DNA of 64,000 nucleotides, taken from positions 727,322 through 791,321 of the forward strand of contig JAAOMT010000620.1 in NCBI GenBank assembly GCA_016748015.1, read 5' to 3'. The number at the start of each line of letters is the position of its first letter. Within the stretch, counting starts at the first letter, position 1. The DNA comes from Geosiphon pyriformis uo1. Lineage: Eukaryota > Fungi > Glomeromycota. A model generated the notes under the pieces. It was not told the DNA's origin. It made no database searches and saw nothing but the letters and a program-made list of their open reading frames with translations. This document shows, piece after piece, positions 55,301 through 64,000 of this stretch. The position numbers and the translations under genes were made by a program.

Positions 55301-57970
55301 TACATGCTCCCATTGATGAAAGTTTCTTGTTGCAATTTTTGCATTTGAGTGAAATATAGGGTGGTTGTTTCTGTGGTTTTGGTGTAGAATATCTAATTTT
55401 CTTCTATTCTCTTAATTCTTCAAAAATCTCCTGTTCTGTTTCTTCAGCCCAATTGGATGTTGATCCAAGAGCCATGTAAGTTGCAGTAAGTGGCATTTTT
55501 TTCTCCTCTTCTAATTCAAATATTGGGGCTTTTTCTGATTGTTTGTTAAAAGTACCACAAATAGCAAGTACTATGGTGTATTGTCCTTGGTATGAGATTT
55601 TTAATTCCTGAGTTTCCCAGTCCAAGTTTGTATTGGCCTTAAGAAGCCAATCATTTCTGACTAAAGCTTGGTATTGAGGTGCATCCATGACTAAAACTTT
55701 GACTAAAATGGTAATTCTATCAATGGTAAATGGAAAATTGTCAATTTCTTTTACTGGTGTTTTTTTCATACCATTTGCTGTAACAATTACAGTTTGGACT
55801 GGTCTGTCAACAGTTCTTTGAAGCTGTTGTATTAACTGGTAAGTGATAATACTTCCAGCTAATCCACTGTCTAGAATTAGTCGGATGGGTTTTTCTTCTA
55901 TTGTAGCTTTAGTGTACATGGCAGTGATAGCTTTTTGTTCATTAGCTGCTGCATTACTAAGCAAAAATAGTGATTCATTTGCTTCAAATTCGAATGAAAA
56001 TATATCTGAAAGGTTGGCATTTTGGGCAATTTGAGCTGATAGAATAGTGTTGTTAGAAGGGTTTAATCTGGGTGCTGCAACTTCACTTTCAAAAAGTGCA
56101 GGTTGTTGAAAATCCGATTCCTTTGGTATTGTAAAATAACTGGGTTGAGTGTGATAGTGATTGGGTTTTTGCTGACCAGAATTTCGGGGAACCAACTGGT
56201 TATTTGGATTGATTCTGTTGTTGTTACTCTGAAATTGACTTTGGAGTGTGAATTGGTTATATTGAACCAATCTTCTTGTTGGTACTTGATATTGTTGAGT
56301 GAGTGGTGTCTGAAAATGCTGAATTGGTAAAGGTTGTTGATATTGTTGTTGAATTGGTTGTGAAGCTGGTTGATAATAGCTGTTTTGAATTTGTGGTCTC
56401 AGTAAATAATAAGTTGGTAGTGGAGGTTGGTAATAAGATTGTTGTGGTAAAGAGTAACATTGATTACTCTTGTTTTGTTGGTCTCTTTGTAGTTTCCTGC
56501 AATCTCGTTTCCAGTGTTCTTGAATTCCACAATAGTGACAATTTTGAGGTTGGTTGTTGGATGGTGGTCCAAAGTTGTTTTGGTTGCATCACTGTGATGG
56601 TTGATATTTTTGGGTTGTTGCTGCTGTTGTTGTTGGTTTGTAAAATAGCTTTCAACCTTCTTTGTGAGTTGGTCTATTTTTTCTTCAGCTGCTGAGCTGG
56701 TTTCTTCAATAGCCAAGTTAACAAGTTTGGTGTGGTTTGCTTCTTTCATAGCCATTTCATAATTTTTTGCATGTCTAATGGCAGTTGTTAAGTCTGTTGG
56801 AGCATGTGGATGGACTTTTTTAATCAGTTTGTCTTTTAATCCTGCTATAAACTGATCCAGAATTTGAGCATCAGAATAGTAGTCATTGGTTTTCAATTGT
56901 CAGATTTGTCTAAGAAGTTTGTTGAATCTTCCAAGATAGGTCATAACAGTTTCAGATGTTTCTTGTTTGATATTGTAAAAGCAGTTCCTGAAAGTAATAG
57001 AAGTGTTGTTGTTAGTAAATTGTTGTAGAAAAGCATCTTTGAATGCTTGCCAGTTTTCAAATGGTTCTTCTAAATTTTCAAATCATTCTCCTGCTATTTC
57101 TTGGAGAAAGTAAAGAATTGCTTTGAGCATTCTTGCTGCATTCCAACCATTTGCATCTCCTGCTTTTTGAACTTTGTCAAGTCATTCTTGAGAACTGGTA
57201 TCATTATCTTTACCAGTGAATTCTGGAATCTTTGCAATATAAGCAGTTGTCATTTCTTTTTCATTTTCTGTGGCTTCTTTTTGTTCTGATTCAGTTTCTT
57301 CACTTTCCAAATTTTCTGAATGATCACTTTTGTTTTCCTGCAAGTATTCAATAATATTAGTGCTTGTTGATATGGGTTCCTGCTGTTGAGTAAGATTTCT
57401 AGGTGATTGAAAATCTTCTAGTCTGGAGAAATGATTAAGTAGTGAATTTGGTGTTTGTGGTCAAGCAAGTGAAATTGGAAATAGTGTAATAGAAAGTGGT
57501 AATTTGATACTGGTTCCTTGTTCAGGTGTTTGCAAGTGTTTGGCAGTTGTCTTTGATAGTATTGGAGTGTTTGGAGTGGTTTTTGCATGTTGTTTCACTT
57601 TTTGTTTGCCTTTGTTGCTTGTTTTTGTTTCTGATTCAAAGTCAAGAGAGTATTTAGACTGTACTGGGTATTTTTCTTCACAATACTTGATAATGTTGTA
57701 ATTGAGTTCTTAAAAGTAGGTGGCAAGTGTTTCACTGTTAAGGTCTTCAGTTCCCAATCGTGAATAGTGCACTAGATTATTGTAGAGATTGCTTCTAACT
57801 TCTGAAATGTTGTAATTTCCAAGAAGATAATTGTTGATACAGTTTTCAATATATTGGTAGAGTGTTCTTTCAACAATTTCAATTCTGTCTGGGATGTTGA
57901 ATCTCTGTTTGCAATGGGTGTAAATTGACTGATAATACTCTAGAGTTGTTGTGTCTGGTGTGGTTGCCAC
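52349..57970 (-). pseudogene. Fused gag-pol of C, with the best-preserved dUTPase (about 54196-54600)
   Basis: LILDSGLAGSII; AHEIDAGYDL, ASRSSLA, GGVIDAEYTRDI, KIAQ, QDFGSTG; RFCVDY, YLDD; ends SRMRQN*. Confidence 0.9.
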
Positions 57971-60900
57971 TTTGAAGTTTGTTGTTATTGTGTTATTTCT
58001 ATGGAAGAGCACCAAATGTTACCGGAGGTTTTTGGTCTCTTTTCTTGAATGTTGTAAATGTCTGTTGGTTGCAAATTCACGTTTTCTAGAAGTAGTTGAA
58101 CCTCCAATAACTGAATTTATCTTCAAATTATCTCCTATAATTTGAACTGCTAAGCTTATGAATGGAATGGCCAATTCTGTGCCAGTTACTTTGTATAGTT
58201 ATGTTGTAGTAAACATTAACTCTTTCTTAGGAATTGCTCGTTTGAAAGTTCACTAAAAATGTGTAGTTACTTTGCTGTGAAAGTCAACTTTTCTACCAGA
58301 ATCTTGTCTGTAGGCTACCCTAATAATTGTAATAAAAAAATAAAAAAAAAATAAAAGAAATATAAAAGAAATAGAATTCTGTTAAGGGAAATGTTTTCTA
58401 TCCAGGTCTGGAGTCACTAACAGTTTACTGAAATTGGTAGCTAATCAATTTCAAAACGTTAGTTGGGTTTTGGAGATTTTCCAAGTGCAATATTTAAAAA
58501 AATTGGTTTTTTAAATTATTTGATATTTTATTTTTTTTTGTGTGTATAGGAATGGTTCTAAGTAATAAATCTAAAGTAAGATACATTTTCTTGAAGAAAA
58601 AAGCTCTTCTTTTATACAACTTGTTGTAATACTAGTCTATGAACTTGCACTTTTTCTCTTTGCTCAAATTTTGGTGAACTAAAGATACATTTTGATGAAC
58701 TACAAGTTATTTTGCTGAACTATTGATTAATTTGAGTAAACTATTCATAATTTCGGCGAATTTCTATAAATTTCGACGAATTTCTTATAAATTTCGACGA
58801 ATTTCTGTAAATTTCGGCGAATTTTAGAATGTTACAAAGTTCAGAGTATTTTAATTGAATCATGATATGTAATAATTGATTAAATAATAAATGATAATTT
58901 GAAATGATATTAATATACTAATTAATTATAGGAATTATAAGGGTAATTTCATGCTAATTAATAGCTAAAATTCTACTGATAACACTGCTTTCTGGATTCA
59001 TTTCTACTTGCCAGAATCCAGCAATTAAGTTAATGGTTGAGAAGAAAACAGCACCATTGAATTTATCTAGCATTGCATCAATTTTGGGGAGTGGGTACAT
59101 GTCTCTTATAGTAATGGCATTTAATTGGCAGTAGTTAACACAGAAGTATAGGGTTCCACCTTTCTTGAATACCACCACAATTGAAAAAGCTCATTTACTC
59201 TTGGTTTTTGTATGAATTCAAGATCTTTCATCCTGTTTATCTCTTTCTTAATAAACTCATCATTGTGTCAATTGGATTAATAAGGCTTCAAATGGATGGA
59301 ACAAGTTTCTTTTGTGGTAATGGTGTGTTGTATCACATGGGTTTGTCCAGAAATGTCACTTTCTTTTAAAATAACTGGGCCATTTTTAGCCAACAGATTT
59401 TCAATGTCCACTTTTTTTTCTTCAGGAAAAGATTTTCTTTGTTCTACAATTAGGGATTGAAAATTCAGTTTGTTCACTCTCAAAAGACTTCTGTACTTCT
59501 TTTAGTTCTTTTCTAGGTATCAAACTAATTGGCTCTCAATTTTTGTAATAGATTAGGCAGAACTTGCATTCATTACTAGAAAAATACAAAGGTTTATTAC
59601 ACCAGCATCTGGCACAAGGACCATGTCACCAATAGCTGTATTTGGCTTTCTTGCCAGGTTTTCTATCAAAGGTTTTTCTAAGGATGTCATAGTAGGGCCA
59701 GCAGATTAGCTTGCCATTTACCATGATTCTTTCTTTGTCAGCTTTAACATGATCCAGTGGCTTGCTATTGCTGGTGAAGATGGTATAGACAAGTTTAGCA
59801 GTTTTTTCTTGTTTTTCTTGATCTTCTTTATCATCACTCTTATCATTATCTGATTCATCTGATTGTTTTTTTTTTTGGTTTTGTTTGGTTACTGAAGAAG
59901 TTGTCCAATGATGACATTTAACCACAATGAGTTTTTCACCACATCTGATGATTAGCTTGCAAAGTTCATAGTTAAGTAGTGCTTTGGCTTTTTTAAGCCT
60001 CTCATTACCAACAATGATAGTATACTCTTTTGCTTTAGATACTTCCATGTCTGTTTCAATGCTAATACTATTGATGCAAACAGGAACAGCTTTAGCTATA
60101 CCCAGATCTTTCTTTTTGTTACCATGTATATTGGTTATAGGCCGAGTAGAAGGTTCATCAATCTTTCTTCCAATGGCTTCCAGAAAGTGTTTGGCAATTA
60201 CACTGACAGATAATTTACTGTCTAGAATCAAATCAATAAAGTAGCCAGCTATTTGGGCTTTGCAAATCAGAGGAGTGACATTGCTATTATTAGCAAGTTC
60301 AGCTTAACAGAGATGCTTATTGGTTTTTGGTGTTTTTTTCTTTGATATCAATGATTTGCAAAGATTTTTTCTGAACTGTAGATTGGTCATTAGTTGGCCA
60401 AATGTAATGGGGTTTCCATAAAATCTTTAACAACAGAATAAGGACCAGATTTTTGTATTATTTTTGAAGATTCCAACTTTTAGGGATTTTTAAAAATTTT
60501 AGTCTTTGGTGGCTCATTGTTGTTAGCAGTAGAAGTTAAGGCTTTGTTGAGATCTAGAATAAAATCAACCTTGGGTTTCTTCTTCTTTCTTGTTAAGTCA
60601 GAGGTATTGATTGCCAGTTCATCCATATTATGGTTGTCATTAGTTAGATTAAAGGCATAAAAAGAGTTTTCTTTTGGTTGGCTTGCACTCTCACTCTTTG
60701 GAAGTGTGCCTACTAGTTTAAAGGCTGATAAACAATAGTTTCAACTAAAGAATCCTTTCCAAAGAAATTAATGTTGGCATGATTGGGTTTTTGATTGGGA
60801 ACATTATTATTGTTAGGTCTGTTATTCTGGGTGTCATTATTTCTAGGAGCTGGAGGAGGCAATAAAGAATTGTTACAGTCTCTGGAAAAGTGTTCAGTTA

Positions 60901-63582
60901 GTTCACAGCAATAGCACACAGGTGGGCCATAATTTTGTTGTCTTTAATATGGTGGTTGTTGGGATTGATTGAAGTGGGATTCAAATCTGGATCTTTGAAA
61001 TTGCTGGTTGTCTCTGACTGCTTAGGCTAATGGTTTTAATAGCTGAGCAAGATTAGCAGTAAGTCTGTCTATTAATTGTTCATTGGGGTCTTGAGTGTGA
61101 GTGGCAAAAGAGATAGCAGCTATTTGTAGAGCTGGAACCATGGCAGGAGCAGAAGCAAAAACTGGAAGAGTAGATCCTAAGTGTATTCTTTGATTGTTTT
61201 CTATTCTCTGGGCAAGTTTAATGGCCATATCTATTGTAGAATTATCTTTTAGGACCAGAAGAGGCCAAAGAGCATATGAGAGGTCAGTTCTCAATCCTTT
61301 TGTAAAAAAATGAATCTTTTGTTCTTCTGTTCAATTTCTACCAGAGTCTACACACTTAATTAGTTTTCTAATGGCTTTAGCATATTCAGTTACTATTTCT
61401 TCTGGGCCTTGGGTTCTTTTTTCCAACTCTATGTGCCATTTGGATATTAAGATAAAAGTTCTAAATTTTGTTTCAAACCAGATAATAAAAGAGGTGTTAT
61501 CTTCTCCAGTATTTGCTGGTATCTATCTAATGATTTTTTGCTAAGTATTGGCATTGGTTTCTTGTAAGAACCAAGTAGCAGGAGAGCCTTGAAGGTAGCC
61601 ATCAATGATTTGGAACTTGTATTCATTATCATATTGGTTTGCTGTGGCAGTTCTCTTAAAATCATCCAGCTATTCAATTGGATCTTGGGCATCACTTCTG
61701 AATAATAATAATGGGGTGTTGTTTTTTCGCCCTAAAGCAGTCTGTATACCTTGAAGGGCAATCAGAATGTTTTGTTGCAAAGGGTCTTGAGTTATTGGTT
61801 CAGGTGTAATTGTTTGTGTGGAGTGTTTTAATTCACTTAAAAAGAAATCAAAAACAAGAGTGGTTTGATAGCTTTCTTCTTTTGTTTCAAAAAGAGTTTC
61901 AGTTGATTGATGGGCAGCAATCCAAATGTGAATTTAATGATTCAGATATTCGAAATTAGGAGGCTGTTGTTCAAAAGTTGTAGAATATAAGAACTGATTG
62001 ATACTGTTGTTTCTTTCTTTAAAGTTGTCTTCAAAATAAACTTGGTCAAAGTAATAGGTTGTATAAGCTGTGTAGGTTTCAGCTGAATGCTTATTCAGGA
62101 ACCAGTTCTAAAAGCTTGGAATTGTCTGCTAGATTGTTTTTTAATGGAGAAGCAAATCAAGCAGGAGGGCAAAAGATTGAGTTTAATAAAGTTTAGATTA
62201 TTTTTGTTGTGTGCTTTAAAGTGTTCTTCTGATTATTGTGGTAGGTATGAATAATCACCCATACAATAGAAAACAAAGTGAATTTTGACAACCTCACAGA
62301 GAGCACCACTTTTATGTTATGGGTTAGAGTAACAAGCTAATGGATAGCAAGAGAGAACAGAATTGTAGGGTGATGGAAATAATCAAAGAGAATTTAACTT
62401 CAAAGAGTAAATTGAATAAGTATGAATTCAATGTGTGAGATCAGTCTCATAAAATATTTCAGTTACTATACTTTTCAAAAGATAATTGGGGAATCTAAAA
62501 GTAGAGAAATAGTCCATACTGTCAACAAATAATTACACACTGGTATAATTTTATGCCTCACATCAACACTCTTAGAATTCAATATCAGGTATTAGATGTA
62601 TTTTTCAGTCATGTTTTATTCAATAATCTTCAAATACTGCAATTACATGTTTCAGAAAAAGAATAAGGAATAACCAACAAGTAGTTTTTTATTCCAAGAT
62701 GTTCAAATACTTGAAGATAGAAAAAAAGAAATTAGCAATAAGAGAATGATTGAAATGAAAGTTGTTATTTTATTTATTTGATTTCCTTGATTTCTATATG
62801 CTTTTCTACAACTAAAAAATTTATTACTTATATAGCTATCAAAAATAGTCAATAATCAGGTCAACAACTAAGTCAATAATCAGGTCAATGATCAAATCAA
62901 TGGTCAGGTCAACAGTCTAGTCATTGATTAAGTCAATGATTACTTTCTAAAAATAGAATGGCTAATTTATATGACATCAGTGACTAATATATGTGATAAT
63001 TAATAAAAAGTATAAGTTTTAATTATAACAGTACTCTGGTTAGGTGGCCTTTAATCTAGTATCTGGTCCTATATTTAAGATCAAGATGGCCCTGCTTAGT
63101 TTTTTGTTTCAGTTGCTGCCTGGTTGTATTGGGCTTAAGTCTGTTTTAAAAGATGCTGTTAAGTTGTTCTGTGTGAAATTTGCATCTCAAGAAAGTCTAA
63201 ATGGTGCCACCAAAGTGGTCATTAGTAATGAAGTTTTTCTGACCACTCTTAAAATTGCACAGTCTTCTGGTGTGGCCTCTGTTTCTTTTCCTTTTTTGTT
63301 GGTTGCACTTTGTAATGTGTCTTTGGACATCTCTTCTGATAACATTAAAATTGCTCTTGGCATTTTTGGTGTTGTCACTTCTGTTAAGTTAAAGCCTATT
63401 GGTTTATGGCAATATGCTATGGTTCATTTCAAAAACACTTCTTCTGCCACTGTTGTCCTTACTCACTGGTCTGTGCTGGTTAGAAAAGACATGTTAGAAT
63501 TCTCTCTGTTATTAACCAAAATGATGTTATTTTTTCAAGAAATATCTTTAAAGCTAAGTTGGTTAATCTTTTCTTTGGCTGT

Positions 63583-64000
63583 TGTTACCAGTAGAATTTT
63601 AGCTATTAATTAGCATGAAATTTCCTTTATAATTCCTATCATTAATTAGCATATATTATTATCGTTTCGAATTTCACTTATTATTTAATCAAATTAGCAA
63701 TTATCATCATTTAATCAATAACCCGATTTGGACCATAGAAATTGAGATGATCAATTTACACAATACCCTGAACCATATAACATAGCCAAAATTCGCCGAA
63801 ATTAATGAAAATTGGCCGAAATAATTCATAGTTCAGCGAAATAACTTGTAGTTCGCCGAAATGTATCTTTAGTTCACCGAAATTCTAGAAAAAAGAAAAA
63901 GTGCAAGTTCAAAGACTAGTACTACAACAAGTTGTATAAAAGAAGAGCTTCTCTCTTCAAGAAAATGTATCTTCTCATATCTTACCATAGTATCTTACTT
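63583..64000 (+). repeat. LTR of a family C-related element, truncated by the window end
   Basis: TGTTACCAGTAGAATTTTAGCTATTAATTAGCATG is the reverse complement of the family C LTR end; it contains TTCGCCGAAAT repeats. Confidence 0.9.

Larger units (their letters stand above)
49100..58984 (-). mobile_element. Ty3/Gypsy LTR retrotransposon, family C, full length with dUTPase, inserted in the RT of A3
   Basis: LTRs 49100-50093 and 58017-58984; TSD CTGC (49096-49099, 58985-58988); PBS TGGTGCTCTTCC 58003-58014; PPT 50094-50107. Confidence 0.95.
45594..63030 (-). mobile_element. Ty3/Gypsy LTR retrotransposon, family A copy 3, full length, interrupted by element C
   Basis: LTRs 45594-46258 and 62315-63030; TSD GTAC (45590-45593, 63031-63034); PBS TGGTGCTCTCTGTGAGG 62292-62308; PPT 46259-46269. 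ORF3 46228-46884, IN starting at 48238, RT-RH 48303-49099 and 58985+, gag starting at 62262. Confidence 0.95.
44823..63582 (+). mobile_element. LINE ORF1-family copy (44823-45593 and 63031-63582), split by element A3 and then by a C-like LTR
   Basis: Rejoining at the GTAC TSD restores ...NGHQKYSG*VAFNLVSG..., collinear with 30005-30400 (-). Confidence 0.82.

Noticed and set aside
58748-58826. Regularly spaced palindromic repeats resembling a CRISPR array
   Set aside because: The units are about 19-20 bp with no unique spacers, sit inside LTRs of a eukaryotic retroelement, and there are no cas genes.

Overview
Eukaryotic, very AT-rich fungal DNA. The repeat families resemble, from memory, those of Glomeromycotina such as Geosiphon; this is not verified. 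One intron-rich host gene lies at 3155-6940 (-): U2 snRNP-associated SURP protein U2SURP/SR140 (RRM-SURP-CID). It is flanked by TE relics almost stripped of C and G. From about 8050 to the window end is a gene-free nest of retrotransposons. It holds five near-complete Ty3/Gypsy LTR elements in four families (here A x2, B, C, D), which have TGTTA...TAACA-type ends and mostly 4-bp TSDs. It also holds further LTR fragments, an RNase H-containing LINE and ORF1-only LINE derivatives. All TE ORFs are broken by C>T/G>A changes. The most notable features are: (1) the Gypsy elements look tricistronic, with a stop at the same position just after RNase H, integrase as a separate Met-initiated ORF, and a conserved non-env ORF3; (2) families B/C/D carry a Cys-rich domain plus dUTPase between protease and RT; (3) the LTRs contain extra complementarity to the elongator tRNA-Met anticodon arm, PBS-occluding hairpins, and a nucleotide-level motif just before the PPT; (4) a TSD-bounded, ORF1-only (HAL1-like) non-autonomous LINE shares its 3' tail with the autonomous LINE. 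All alignments were made by eye; no searches were run.
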